A model generated the notes under the pieces. It was not told the DNA's origin. It saw nothing but the letters and a program-made list of their open reading frames with translations, and made no database searches. 36,971 bases of DNA from a virus. Lineage: Duplodnaviria; Heunggongvirae; Uroviricota; Caudoviricetes. Each line of letters starts with the position of its first letter. Position 1 is the stretch's first letter. Both the position numbers and the translations under genes were made by a program. The stretch is from IMG/VR virus record IMGVR_UViG_2711768012_000020. One strand, 5' to 3'. Of the stretch, positions 26,701 to 36,674 are shown in pieces.

Positions 26701-29700
26701 TTTGGGGATTGATGCGGCAGAGTTTAAAAATGAAATTCCCCGTATCAAAAACCTTCTGAATGGTGCAGCCAGCGATGCAGAACGGTCTTCTGCCCGTATG
26801 CAGCGTTTTATGGAGCGTCAGACTCAGGCCGCCCGGCAGACAACGCAGGCGGCTTCTTCGGCTGCAACAGCCGCATCCGTCCATGCGCAGACGGTGGAGA
26901 AGAACGCACAGGCTCATGAACGCATGTCCCGCGAGGTGGAGAAAACCCGCCAGCGCATGGAGGCACTGAGCCAGAAAATGCGCGAGGAACAGGCGCAGGC
27001 CATGGCTCTGGCGGAGGCTCAGGATAAAGCGGCTGCTGCGTTTTATCGTCAGATTGACAGTGTGAAACAGGCCAGTGCGGGGCTGCAGGAATTACAGCGT
27101 ATTCAGCAGCAGATCCGACAGGCCAGAAACAGTGGCGGGATTGGTCAGCAGGATTATCTGGCGCTGATTTCTGAGGTTACGGCGAAAACCCGTGTTCTTA
27201 CACAGGCTGAGGAAGAGGCTACCCGACAGAAAGTGGCGTTTATCCGTCAGCTTAAAGAGCAGGCAACCCGCCAGAATCTTTCATCTTCTGAGTTGCTTCG
27301 TGCTAAGGCTGCCCAGCTGGGGGTAAGCAGTGCTGCAGAAGTGTATATCCGCAAAATGGAGCAGGCAGGAAAAGCCACGCATTCGCTGGGTCTGAAAAGT
27401 GCAGCAGCCCGCCAGGAGATAGGCGTTCTGATAGGTGAACTGGCCCGCGGCAATTTAGGGGCGCTGAGGGGGTCCGGAATAACGCTGGCTAACCGTGCCG
27501 GATGGATAGACACACTGATGTCACCGAAAGGCATGATGCTGGGCGGGGTTATTGGCGGTATTGCCGCGGCTGTCTATGGTCTGGGTAAAGCCTGGTATGA
27601 CGGTCAGAAGGAGGGGGAAGAATTTAACCGCCAGTTGTCGCTGACGGGGCATTATGCCGGAGTCACTGCCGGGCAGCTGTGGACGCTCAGTCGTGCTATT
27701 TCCGGGAATGGTATTACGCAACATGCTGCAGCCGGTGCGCTGGCTCAGGTGGTGGGGAGTGGTGCATTTCGTGGAAACGATATCGGTATGGTGGCGAGAG
27801 CTGCCGCACAGATGGAGCGATCGGTTGGCCAGTCGGTCAGCGATACCATAAATCAGTTTAAGCGGCTGAAGGATGATCCTGTAAATGCCGCGAAGGCTCT
27901 GGACAATGAGCTGCATTTTCTTACTGCCACTCAGCTTGAGCAGATACGCGTCCTTGGGGAACAGGGGCGGTCCAGTGATGCGGCACGGATAGCCATGTCT
28001 GCACTGGCAGAGGAAACCGGTCGGCGTACTGCGGATATTGATAATAACCTCAATGCGCTGGGCAGTACGCTGAAGTATCTGTCTGATTTATGGAGTCGTT
28101 TCTGGGATGCGGCCATGAATATTGGTCGTGAAGACTCGCTGGATGAACAGATTTCCGCTTTACAGGAGAAAGTGTCGCGGGCGAAAAGACTCCCCTGGAC
28201 GGCATCATCTTCTCAGGTTGAGTACGATCAGCAGCGTCTTAACGAGCTTCAGGAGAAAAAACGCCAGAAGGATTTGCAGGATGCAAAAGAGCAGGCAGAG
28301 CGGAATTATCAGGAGCAACAGAAACGCCGTAATGCTGAAAATGCTGCACTGAACCGGATGAATGAAACGGAAGCAGCACGACATCAGCGTGAAATTGCGC
28401 GTATTAATTCCATGCAGTACGCCGATCAGGCTGTCAGGGATGCGGCGATACAACGTGAAAATGAACGTTACGAGAAAGCCCTGGCATCCGGTAAGAAAAA
28501 AACACGCGAACCCCGTAATGATGAGGCCACCCGGTTATTGCTGCAGTACAGTCAGCAACAGGCACAGGTGGAAGGACAGATTGCTGCTGCCAGACAGTCA
28601 GCAGGCATTGCCACGGAAAGGATGACAGAAGCGCATAAACAGCTTCTGGCTCTGCAGCAGCGCATCAGCGACCTGGACGGGAAAAAACTGACGGCAGATG
28701 AAAAGAGTGTGCTGGCCCGTAAAGATGAACTGATTCAGGCACTGACGCTGCTGGATGTAAAACAGCAGGAGCTTCAGAAACAGACGGCACTCAACGAGCT
28801 GAAGAAAAAAACAATTCAGCTGACCAGTCAACTGGCTGAAGAAGAGCGCGCTCAGCGTCAGCAACATGACCTGGATATCGCCACGGTGGGTATGGGTGAT
28901 CAGCAGCGGCAGCGATATCAGGTACAACTGAGTCTTCGCCAGAAATACCAGCAACAGCTGGAGCAGTTGAGGCGGGATAGTGAGCAGAAAGGAACATATA
29001 ACACGGATGACTACAGAAAGGCCGAGCAGGCGCTGACGGAGAGCCTGAACCGACAACTGAATGAGAATCGCCGTTACTGGCAACAGCTTGAAGTTGTGCA
29101 GGGTAACTGGAAAAACGGAGTCCTGCGTGCATTTCAGGATTTTACCGTGGATGCAGATAATACGGCAGGAACAGCAGAACAGGTGTTCTCGTCAGCCTTC
29201 AGCAACATGGGAAATGGCCTGGCAACTTTTGTCACTACCGGCAAACTCAATTTCAAATCCTTCACCTCTTCTGTGCTGTCAGATATGGCGAAAATCCTGG
29301 CGCAGGCAACCATGATGAAATCGATAAAAGGGATTGGCAGTGTACTGGGATTTGATCTCAGCAGCCTTTCCCTGAATGCCAATGGGGGGATTTATCAGTC
29401 TGCTGATTTGAGTCGTTACAGTGGCACGGTGGTTAACCGTCCGACGTTTTTTGCTTTTGCAAAAGGCGCGGGTGTGATGGGGGAAGCGGGACCTGAAGCC
29501 ATTCTGCCACTGCGTCGTGGTGCTGACGGTAAGCTGGGGGTTGTGGCGGATATTGGTGGTTCAGGTATGGCGATGTTTGCCCCGCAGTACAACATCGAGA
29601 TCAATAACGATGGCACGAACGGGCAGATAGGTCCGGCTGCCCTGAAGGTGGTTTATGACCTTGGGAAAAAAGCGGCAGCGGACTTTATGCAACAGCAGGC

Positions 29701-29737
29701 CCGTGATGGTGGTCGGTTAAGTGGAGCATATCGGTAA
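26672..29737 (+). CDS. H: Tail tape measure protein (gpH-like)
   Basis: 1021 aa; long Ala/Gln/Arg-rich coiled-coil-like stretches; GGAGG RBS upstream of the ATG at 26672. Confidence 0.85.
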   Translation: MDQIANLVIDLGIDAAEFKNEIPRIKNLLNGAASDAERSSARMQRFMERQTQAARQTTQAASSAATAASVHAQTVEKNAQAHERMSREVEKTRQRMEALSQKMREEQAQAMALAEAQDKAAAAFYRQIDSVKQASAGLQELQRIQQQIRQARNSGGIGQQDYLALISEVTAKTRVLTQAEEEATRQKVAFIRQLKEQATRQNLSSSELLRAKAAQLGVSSAAEVYIRKMEQAGKATHSLGLKSAAARQEIGVLIGELARGNLGALRGSGITLANRAGWIDTLMSPKGMMLGGVIGGIAAAVYGLGKAWYDGQKEGEEFNRQLSLTGHYAGVTAGQLWTLSRAISGNGITQHAAAGALAQVVGSGAFRGNDIGMVARAAAQMERSVGQSVSDTINQFKRLKDDPVNAAKALDNELHFLTATQLEQIRVLGEQGRSSDAARIAMSALAEETGRRTADIDNNLNALGSTLKYLSDLWSRFWDAAMNIGREDSLDEQISALQEKVSRAKRLPWTASSSQVEYDQQRLNELQEKKRQKDLQDAKEQAERNYQEQQKRRNAENAALNRMNETEAARHQREIARINSMQYADQAVRDAAIQRENERYEKALASGKKKTREPRNDEATRLLLQYSQQQAQVEGQIAAARQSAGIATERMTEAHKQLLALQQRISDLDGKKLTADEKSVLARKDELIQALTLLDVKQQELQKQTALNELKKKTIQLTSQLAEEERAQRQQHDLDIATVGMGDQQRQRYQVQLSLRQKYQQQLEQLRRDSEQKGTYNTDDYRKAEQALTESLNRQLNENRRYWQQLEVVQGNWKNGVLRAFQDFTVDADNTAGTAEQVFSSAFSNMGNGLATFVTTGKLNFKSFTSSVLSDMAKILAQATMMKSIKGIGSVLGFDLSSLSLNANGGIYQSADLSRYSGTVVNRPTFFAFAKGAGVMGEAGPEAILPLRRGADGKLGVVADIGGSGMAMFAPQYNIEINNDGTNGQIGPAALKVVYDLGKKAAADFMQQQARDGGRLSGAYR

Positions 29738-30066
29738 TGGAGACGTTTCACTGGAAAGTGCGCCCGGATATGAATGTGGTATCAGAGCCGAAAGTGGTGA
29801 CAGTGAAGCTGGGCGATGGTTATGAACAGCGTCGTGCGGCGGGACTGAATAACCAGTTGTCGACTTACAGCGTGACGATACGTGTTCGTAAATGTGAACA
29901 CCCATCTTTAAAAGCCTTTCTGGAACGGCACGGTGGCGTCCGCGCATTTCAGTGGACGCCACCTTATGACTGGAAGCCGATCAGGGTGGTTTGTCGTAAA
30001 TGGTCGGCAAGCGTGGGGGCGTTGTGGGTAACCATAACGGCAGATTTTGAACAGGTCGTGGCATAG
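29737..30066 (+). CDS. M: Minor tail protein M
   Basis: 109 aa; FHWKVRPDMNVVSEPKV...TYSVTIRVRK...FEQVVA matches lambda gpM closely. Confidence 0.85.
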   Translation: METFHWKVRPDMNVVSEPKVVTVKLGDGYEQRRAAGLNNQLSTYSVTIRVRKCEHPSLKAFLERHGGVRAFQWTPPYDWKPIRVVCRKWSASVGALWVTITADFEQVVA

Positions 30067-30075
30067 GAGTCTCTG

Positions 30076-30855
30076 ATGCAGGATATTCCACAGGAAACAC
30101 ATCATGAGACGACACGCCTCACTCAGTCAGCCCAGGTGGTGCTCTGGGAAATCGATCTGACAGAGGTCGGTGGAGAACGTTATTTTTTCTGTAATGAGCA
30201 GAACGAAAAAGGTGAGCCGGTCACCTGGCAGGGGCGACAGTATCAGGCGTATCCCATTCAGGGGACGGGATTTGAACTGAACGGCAAGGGCAGTGCTGCC
30301 CGNNNNNNNNNNNNNNNNNNNNNNNNNNNNNNNNNNNNNNNNNNNNNNNNNNNNNNNNNNNNNNNNNNNNNNNNNNNNNNNNNNNNNNNNNNNNNNNNNN
30401 NNNNNNNNNNNNNNNNNNNNNNNNNNNNNNNNNNNNNNNNNNNNNNNNNNNNNNNNNNNNNNNNNNNNNNNNNNNNNNNNNNNNNNNNNNNNNNNNNNNN
30501 NNNNNNNNNNNNNNNNNNNNNNNNNNNNNNNNNNNNNNNNNNNNNNNNNNNNNNNNNNNNNNNNNNNNNNNNNNNNNNNNNNNNNNNNNNNNNNNNNNNN
30601 NNNNNNNNNNNNNNNNNNNNNNNNNNNNNNNNNNNNNNNGTTTTTCCGGGGCGCATCATGCTGGCCAACACCTGCACCTGGACCTATCGCGGTGACGAGT
30701 GCGGTTATAGCGGTCCGGCTGTCGCGGATGAATATGATCAGCCGACGTCCGATATCACGAAGGATAAATGCAGCAAATGCCTGAGCGGCTGTAAGTTTCG
30801 CAATAACGTCGGCAACTTTGGCGGCTTCCTTTCCATTAACAAACTTTCGCAGTAA
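30076..30855 (+). CDS. L: Minor tail protein L (interrupted by an N-run)
   Basis: N-terminal (MQDIPQET...WEIDLTEVGGERYFFCNEQNEKGEPVTWQGRQYQ) and C-terminal (CTWTYRGDECGYSG...CSKCLSGCKFRNNVGNFGGFLSINKLSQ) parts match lambda gpL; the middle is masked by Ns (30303-30639), so frame continuity is unverified. Confidence 0.75.
   Translation: MQDIPQETHHETTRLTQSAQVVLWEIDLTEVGGERYFFCNEQNEKGEPVTWQGRQYQAYPIQGTGFELNGKGSAAXXXXXXXXXXXXXXXXXXXXXXXXXXXXXXXXXXXXXXXXXXXXXXXXXXXXXXXXXXXXXXXXXXXXXXXXXXXXXXXXXXXXXXXXXXXXXXXXXXXXXXXXXXXXXXXXXVFPGRIMLANTCTWTYRGDECGYSGPAVADEYDQPTSDITKDKCSKCLSGCKFRNNVGNFGGFLSINKLSQ
30303..30639. other. Run of 337 N (assembly gap or masked sequence) inside gene L
   Basis: Uninterrupted n characters in the sequence. 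Confidence 0.99.
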
Positions 30856-31603
30856 ATCCCATACAGAGACAGAATCAGCGATTCTGGCGCACGCCCGGCG
30901 ATGTGCGCCAGCGGAGTCGTGCGGCTTCGTGGTGAGAACACCGGAGGGGGAAAGATATTTTCCCTGCGTGAATATCTCCGGTGAGCCGGAGGAGTATTTC
31001 CGGATGTCGCCGGAGGACTGGCTGCGGGCAGAGATGCAGGGTGAGATTGTGGCGCTGGTCCACAGCCACCCCGGTGGTCTGCCCTGGCTGAGTGAGGCCG
31101 ACCGGCGGCTGCAGGTGCAGAGTGATTTGCCGTGGTGGCTGGTCTGCCGGGGGGCGATTCACAAGTTCCGCTGTGTGCCACATCTTACCGGGCGGCGCTT
31201 TGAGCACGGGGTGACGGACTGTTACACGCTGTTCCGGGATGCTTACCATCTGGCGGGGATTGAGATGCCGGATTTTCATCGCGGGGATGACTGGTGGCGT
31301 CACGGTCAGAATCTCTATCTGGATAATCTGGAGGCTACAGGGCTGTATCAGGTGCCGTTGTCAGCGGCGCAGCCGGGCGATGTGCTGCTGTGCTGTTTTG
31401 GTTCATCGGTGCCGAATCATGCCGCCATTTACTGTGGTGACGGCGAGCTGCTGCACCATATTCCTGAACAACTGAGCAAACGAGAGAGGTATACCGACAA
31501 ATGGCAGCGACGCACACACTCCCTCTGGCGTCACCGGGCATGGCACGCATCTGCCTTTACGGGGATTTACAACGATTTGGCCGCCGCATCGACCTTCGAG
31601 TGA
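30818..31603 (+). CDS. K: Tail assembly protein K (JAB/MPN plus NlpC/P60-like)
   Basis: Matches lambda gpK (AILAHARRCAPAESCGFVV...ALVHSHPGG...); start codon uncertain because no ATG is present near the expected start (track uses TTG at 30818, inside the L 3' end). Confidence 0.75.
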   Translation: MAASFPLTNFRSKSHTETESAILAHARRCAPAESCGFVVRTPEGERYFPCVNISGEPEEYFRMSPEDWLRAEMQGEIVALVHSHPGGLPWLSEADRRLQVQSDLPWWLVCRGAIHKFRCVPHLTGRRFEHGVTDCYTLFRDAYHLAGIEMPDFHRGDDWWRHGQNLYLDNLEATGLYQVPLSAAQPGDVLLCCFGSSVPNHAAIYCGDGELLHHIPEQLSKRERYTDKWQRRTHSLWRHRAWHASAFTGIYNDLAAASTFE

Positions 31604-32466
31604 AAACGGGGTCCGAAGCCATCCGGGCGCTGGCCATGCAGATCCCGGCGTTTCGTCAGAAACTGAATGAGGGCTGGTATCAGGTGCGCATTGCCGGGCG
31701 TGATGCAGGCGAAAATGAATTATCTGCCCGTCTTAATGAGCCGCTGGCAAATGGTGCCGTGATCCACATCGTGCCGCGTCTGGCGGGTGCCAAAAGTGGC
31801 GGTGTGTTTCAGGTGGTGNNNNNNNNNNNNNNNNNNNNNNNNNNNNNNNNNNNNNNNNNNNNNNNNNNNNNNNNNNNNNNNNNNNNNNNNNNNNNNNNNN
31901 NNNNNNNNNNNNNNNNNNNNNNNNNNNNNNNNNNNNNNNNNNNNNNNNNNNNNNNNNNNNNNNNNNNNNNNNNNNNNNNNNNNNNNNNNNNNNNNNNNNN
32001 NNNNNNNNNNNNNNNNNNNNNNNNNNNNNNNNNNNNNNNNNNNNNNNNNNNNNNNNNNNNNNNNNNNNNNNNNNNNNNNNNNNNNNNNNNNNNNNNNNNN
32101 NNNNNNNNNNNNNNNNNNNNNNNNNNNNNNNNNNNNNNNNNNNNNNNNGCCGGAGCCACCCTTGCAGCATGGGGGGCAGCCATTGGGGCCGGTGGTATGA
32201 CCGGCATCCTGTTTTCTCTCGGTGCCAGTATGGTGCTCGGTGGTGTGGCGCAGATGCTGGCACCGAAAGCCAGGACGCCCACGGCAGCCAGTACAGATAA
32301 CGGCAAACAGAACACCTATTTCTCCTCACTGGATAACATGGTTGCCCAGGGCAATGTTCTGCCTGTTCTGTACGGTGAAATGCGCGTGGGGTCACGTGTG
32401 GTTTCTCAGGAGATCAGCACGGCAGACGAAGGGGATGGTGGTCAGGTTGTGGTGATTGGTCGCTGA
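31501..32466 (+). CDS. I: Tail assembly protein I (interrupted by an N-run)
   Basis: MAATHTLPLASPGMARICLYGDLQRFGRRIDLRVKTG... and the C-terminus match lambda gpI; overlaps the K 3' end by about 100 nt as in lambda; the middle is masked (31819-32148). Confidence 0.8.
   Translation: MAATHTLPLASPGMARICLYGDLQRFGRRIDLRVKTGSEAIRALAMQIPAFRQKLNEGWYQVRIAGRDAGENELSARLNEPLANGAVIHIVPRLAGAKSGGVFQVVXXXXXXXXXXXXXXXXXXXXXXXXXXXXXXXXXXXXXXXXXXXXXXXXXXXXXXXXXXXXXXXXXXXXXXXXXXXXXXXXXXXXXXXXXXXXXXXXXXXXXXXXXXXXXXAGATLAAWGAAIGAGGMTGILFSLGASMVLGGVAQMLAPKARTPTAASTDNGKQNTYFSSLDNMVAQGNVLPVLYGEMRVGSRVVSQEISTADEGDGGQVVVIGR
31819..32148. other. Run of 330 N (assembly gap or masked sequence) inside gene I
   Basis: Uninterrupted n characters in the sequence. 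Confidence 0.99.
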
Positions 32467-32484
32467 TGCAAAATGTTTTATGTG

Positions 32485-32505
32485 AAACCGCCTCCGGGCG
32501 GTTTT
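32485..32505 (+). terminator. Hairpin plus T-rich tract between I and J
   Basis: accgcc-tccg-ggcggt followed by TTTGTCGTTT; weak U-tract. Confidence 0.3.
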
Positions 32506-32526
32506 GTCGTTTATGGAGCGTGAGGA

Positions 32527-35500
32527 ATGGGTAAAGGCAGCAGTAAGGGGCATACCCCGCGCGAAGCAAAGGACAACCTGAAGTCCACGCAGTTGCTGAG
32601 TGTGATCGATACCATCAGCGAAGGGCCGGTTGAAGGTCCGGTGGATGGATTAAAAAGCGTGCTGCTGAACAGTACACCGGTGCTGGACAGTGAGGGGAAT
32701 ACCAACATCTCTGGTGTCACGGTGGTGTTCCGGGCAGGTGAGCAGGAACAGACACCGCCGGAGGGATTTGAATCATCAGGTTCCGAGACGGTACTGGGTA
32801 CGGAAGTGAAATACGACACGCCGATCACCCGGACCATCACGTCGGCAAACATTGACCGTCTGCGCTTTACCTTCGGTGTGCAGGCACTGGTGGAAACCAC
32901 CTCAAAGGGGGACAGGAATCCGTCGGAAGTCCGCCTGCTGGTTCAGATACAACGTAATGGTGGCTGGGTGACGGAAAAAGACATCACCATTAAGGGCAAA
33001 ACCACCTCGCAGTATCTGGCCTCGGTGGTGGTGGGTAACCTGCCGCCGCGCCCGTTCAATATACGGATGCGCAGGATGACGCCGGACAGCACCACAGACC
33101 AGCTGCAGAACAAAACGCTCTGGTCGTCATACACCGAAATCATCGATGTGAAACAGTGCTACCCGAACACGGCACTGGTCGGCGTGCAGGTGGATTCGGA
33201 GCAGTTCGGCAGCCAGCAGGTGAGCCGTAATTATCATCTGCGCGGGCGCATTCTGCAGGTGCCGTCGAGCTATAACCCGCAGACGCGGCAATACAGCGGT
33301 ATCTGGGACGGAACGTTTAAGCCAGCATACAGCAACAACATGGCCTGGTGTCTGTGGGATATGCTGACCCATCCGCGCTACGGCATGGGGAAACGTCTTG
33401 GTGCGGCGGATGTGGACAAATGGGCGCTGTATGTCATCGGCCAGCATTGCGATCAGTCGGTGCCGGACGGTTTTGGCGGCACGGAGCCGCGCATCACCTG
33501 TAATGCGTACCTGACCACACAGCGCAAGGCGTGGGATGTGCTCAGTGATTTCTGCTCGGCGATGCGCTGTATGCCGGTATGGAACGGGCAGACGCTGACG
33601 TTCGTGCAGGACCGACCATCAGATAAGGTGTGGACCTATAACCGCAGTAATGTGGTGATGCCGGATGATGGCGCGCCGTTCCGCTACAGCTTCAGCGCCC
33701 TGAAGGACCGCCATAATGCCGTTGAGGTGAACTGGATTGACCCGAATAACGGCTGGGAGACGGCGACAGAGCTTGTGGAGGACACGCAGGCCATTGCCCG
33801 TTACGGTCGTAACGTCACGAAGATGGATGCTTTTGGCTGTACCAGCCGGGGGCAGGCACACCGCGCCGGGCTGTGGCTGATTAAAACAGAACTGCTGGAA
33901 ACGCAGACCGTGGACTTCAGCGTGGGTGCTGAAGGGCTTCGCCATGTACCGGGCGATGTCATTGAAATCTGCGATGATGACTATGCCGGTATCCGCACCG
34001 GCGGGCGCGTGCTGGCGGTAAACAGCCAGACCCGGACGCTGACGCTCGACCGTGAAATCACGCTGCCATCTTCCGGCACCACGCTGATAAGCCTGGTTGA
34101 CGGGCAGGGGAGTCCGGTCAGCGTGGAGGTCCAGTCCGTCACCGACGGCGTGAAGGTGAAAGTGAGCCGTGTTCCTGACGGCGTTGCTGAATACAGCGTA
34201 TGGGGGCTGAAGCTGCCGACGCTGCGCCAGCGCCTGTTCCGCTGCGTGAGTATCCGTGAGAACGACGACGGCACGTATGCCATCACTGCCGTGCAGCATG
34301 TACCGGAAAAAGAGGCCATCGTGGATAACGGGGCGCACTTTGACGGCGACCAGAGCGGCACGGTAAATGGTGTCACGCCGCCAGCGGTGCAGCACCTGAC
34401 CGCAGAAGTCACCGCAGACAGCGGGGAATACCAGGTGCTGGCCCGCTGGGACACGCCGAAGGTGGTGAAGGGCGTGAGCTTCCTGCTTCGCCTGACCGTG
34501 GCAGCGGATGACGGCCGTGAGCGGCTGGTCAGCACGGCCCGGACGACGGAAACCACTTACCGCTTCACACAACTGGCTCTGGGGAACTACAGGCTGACAG
34601 TCCGGGCAGTAAATGCGTGGGGGCAGCAGGGCGATCCGGCGTCGGTATCGTTCCGGATTGCCGCACCGGCAGCGCCGTCGCGGATTGAGCTGACGCCGGG
34701 CTATTTTCAGATAACCGCCACGCCGCATCTTGCGGTTTATGACCCGACGGTACAGTTTGAGTTCTGGTTCTCGGAAAAACGGATTGCGGATATCAGGCAG
34801 GTTGAAACCACAGCCCGCTACCTTGGCACGGGGCTGTACTGGATAGCCGCCAGTATCAATATTAAGCCGGGCCATGATTATTACTTTTATATCCGCAGTG
34901 TGAACACCGTCGGCAAATCAGCATTCGTGGAGGCTGTCGGTCGGGCGAGCGATGATGCGGAAGGTTACCTGGATTTTTTCAAAGGCCAGATAACCGAATC
35001 CCATCTCGGCCAGGAGCTGCTGGAAAAAGTCGACCTGACGGAGGATAACGCCAGCAGACTGGAGGAGTTTTCGAAAGAGTGGAAGGACGCCAACGATAAG
35101 TGGAATGCCATGTGGGGCGTCAAAATTGAGCAGACCAAAGACGGCAAACATTATGTCGCGGGTATTGGCCTCAGCATGGAGGACACGGAGGAAGGCAAAC
35201 TGAGCCAGTTTCTGGTTGCCGCTAACCGTATCGCGTTTATTGACCCGGCAAACGGGAATGAAACGCCGATGTTTGTGGCGCAGGGCAACCAGATATTCAT
35301 GAATGACGTGTTCCTGAAACGCCTGACGGCTCCCACCATTACCAGCGGTGGAAATCCGCCGGCATTTTCCCTGACACCAGACGGAAAGCTGACCGCTAAA
35401 AATGCGGATATCAGCGGTAATGTGAATGCAAATTCAGGGACGCTCAACAATGTCACGATTAACCAGAACTGTACGATTAAGGGCATGCTGGAGGCGACCC

Positions 35501-35940
35501 AGGTCAGAGGAGATTTCGTTAAAGCTGTATCAAAAGCCTTCCCGAAAAAAGTCGGTACGTGGGGTAACACGGAAACACCAGACGGTACGGTTACAGTCAC
35601 CATCAGCGATGATCATAACTTTGACCGCCAGATTATTATTCCGCCCATTATTTTTAACGGTATAGCGTATGACGATCCGGGGAGCGGAAATAACCCAGGA
35701 GGCACGCGATACACGGGTTATGGTTTTGAAGTTCGCAAAAACGGCGTATTAATCGCATCCAGAGAAACTAAAGGGGCCATTCCCGGTAGTTACAGTGCAG
35801 TTATTGATATGCCGAGTGGCAGGGGAAGCGTCACTCTGGAGTTTAAGATTTTCCAGAAAGGCAATCAGGGGGCAGGCAATATCACCGACTGTACGGTGAT
35901 TGTGACCAAAAAAGCCGCTTCCGGCATCAGTATTCGTTGA
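32527..35940 (+). CDS. J: Central tail fibre / host specificity protein J
   Basis: 1137 aa; the N-terminus ([45 protein letters not shown]) matches lambda gpJ; size as lambda J. Confidence 0.9.
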   Translation: MGKGSSKGHTPREAKDNLKSTQLLSVIDTISEGPVEGPVDGLKSVLLNSTPVLDSEGNTNISGVTVVFRAGEQEQTPPEGFESSGSETVLGTEVKYDTPITRTITSANIDRLRFTFGVQALVETTSKGDRNPSEVRLLVQIQRNGGWVTEKDITIKGKTTSQYLASVVVGNLPPRPFNIRMRRMTPDSTTDQLQNKTLWSSYTEIIDVKQCYPNTALVGVQVDSEQFGSQQVSRNYHLRGRILQVPSSYNPQTRQYSGIWDGTFKPAYSNNMAWCLWDMLTHPRYGMGKRLGAADVDKWALYVIGQHCDQSVPDGFGGTEPRITCNAYLTTQRKAWDVLSDFCSAMRCMPVWNGQTLTFVQDRPSDKVWTYNRSNVVMPDDGAPFRYSFSALKDRHNAVEVNWIDPNNGWETATELVEDTQAIARYGRNVTKMDAFGCTSRGQAHRAGLWLIKTELLETQTVDFSVGAEGLRHVPGDVIEICDDDYAGIRTGGRVLAVNSQTRTLTLDREITLPSSGTTLISLVDGQGSPVSVEVQSVTDGVKVKVSRVPDGVAEYSVWGLKLPTLRQRLFRCVSIRENDDGTYAITAVQHVPEKEAIVDNGAHFDGDQSGTVNGVTPPAVQHLTAEVTADSGEYQVLARWDTPKVVKGVSFLLRLTVAADDGRERLVSTARTTETTYRFTQLALGNYRLTVRAVNAWGQQGDPASVSFRIAAPAAPSRIELTPGYFQITATPHLAVYDPTVQFEFWFSEKRIADIRQVETTARYLGTGLYWIAASINIKPGHDYYFYIRSVNTVGKSAFVEAVGRASDDAEGYLDFFKGQITESHLGQELLEKVDLTEDNASRLEEFSKEWKDANDKWNAMWGVKIEQTKDGKHYVAGIGLSMEDTEEGKLSQFLVAANRIAFIDPANGNETPMFVAQGNQIFMNDVFLKRLTAPTITSGGNPPAFSLTPDGKLTAKNADISGNVNANSGTLNNVTINQNCTIKGMLEATQVRGDFVKAVSKAFPKKVGTWGNTETPDGTVTVTISDDHNFDRQIIIPPIIFNGIAYDDPGSGNNPGGTRYTGYGFEVRKNGVLIASRETKGAIPGSYSAVIDMPSGRGSVTLEFKIFQKGNQGAGNITDCTVIVTKKAASGISIR

Positions 35941-35962
35941 AATATTTATAACCCCAATAAAG

Positions 35963-35986
35963 GGCGTCAGGAATGACGCCTTTTTT
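35963..35986 (+). terminator. Intrinsic terminator after J
   Basis: ggcgtca-ggaa-tgacgcc followed by TTTTTT. Confidence 0.6.
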
Positions 35987-36010
35987 ATTGCAGAAAAGCG
36001 AGAGGTAATT

Positions 36011-36610
36011 ATGCGTAAAGTTTGTGCCGCCATTTTGTCCGCAGCCATTTGTCTGGCCGTATCCGGTGCGCCTGCATGGGCGTCTGAACATCAGTCCACG
36101 CTGAGCGCGGGGTATCTTCATGCCCGGACGAACGTTCCCGGCAGTGATGATCTGAACGGGATTAACGTGAAATACCGTTATGAGTTTACGGACACACTGG
36201 GGCTGGTGACGTCATTCAGCTATGCAGGAGACAAGAATCGCCAGCTGACCCGTTACAGCGATACCCGCTGGTATGAAGATTCCGTGCGTAACCGCTGGTT
36301 CAGCGTGATGGCGGGGCCGTCTGTGCGCGTGAATGAATGGTTCAGCGCGTATGCGATGGCGGGTGTGGCTTACAGCCGTGTGTCGACTTTTTCCGGGGAT
36401 TATATCCGCGTAACTGACAATAAGGGGAAAACGCACGATGTGCTGACCGGAAGTGATGACGGTCGCCACAGCAACACGTCTCTGGCGTGGGGGGCTGGCG
36501 TGCAGTTTAACCCGACCGAGTCCGTGGCCATTGATGTCGCTTATGAAGGTTCCGGCAGTGGTGACTGGCGCACTGACGGTTTCATCGTGGGTGTCGGTTA
36601 TAAATTCTGA
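36011..36610 (+). CDS. lom: Lom outer-membrane protein (Ail/Lom/PagC family beta-barrel)
   Basis: 199 aa; signal peptide (AICLAVSGAPAWA); alternating beta-strand pattern ending in a C-terminal aromatic (GYKF); position after J as in lambda. Confidence 0.85.
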   Translation: MRKVCAAILSAAICLAVSGAPAWASEHQSTLSAGYLHARTNVPGSDDLNGINVKYRYEFTDTLGLVTSFSYAGDKNRQLTRYSDTRWYEDSVRNRWFSVMAGPSVRVNEWFSAYAMAGVAYSRVSTFSGDYIRVTDNKGKTHDVLTGSDDGRHSNTSLAWGAGVQFNPTESVAIDVAYEGSGSGDWRTDGFIVGVGYKF

Positions 36611-36636
36611 TTAGCCAGGTAACACAGTATTATGAC

Positions 36637-36664
36637 AGCCCGCCGGTTCAGGCGGGCTTTTTTG
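36637..36664 (+). terminator. Intrinsic terminator after lom
   Basis: agcccgcc-ggttca-ggcgggc followed by TTTTTT. Confidence 0.55.
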
Positions 36665-36674
36665 TGGGGTGAAT

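Noticed and set aside
30258-32395. ORFs composed largely of X residues spanning the N-runs (30258-30677, 30293-30784, 31733-32395, 31787-32200, 31809-32315)
   Set aside because: They are artefacts of translating runs of N; only the L and I frames are supported by flanking homology.
33619-34875. 418-aa minus-strand ORF inside J, and similar long antisense ORFs (8403-9203, 22554-23138, 28598-29083, 35151-35603)
   Set aside because: They lie antisense within well-supported phage genes and have Arg/Pro/His-rich compositions; they are open-frame artefacts of GC-rich coding sequence.
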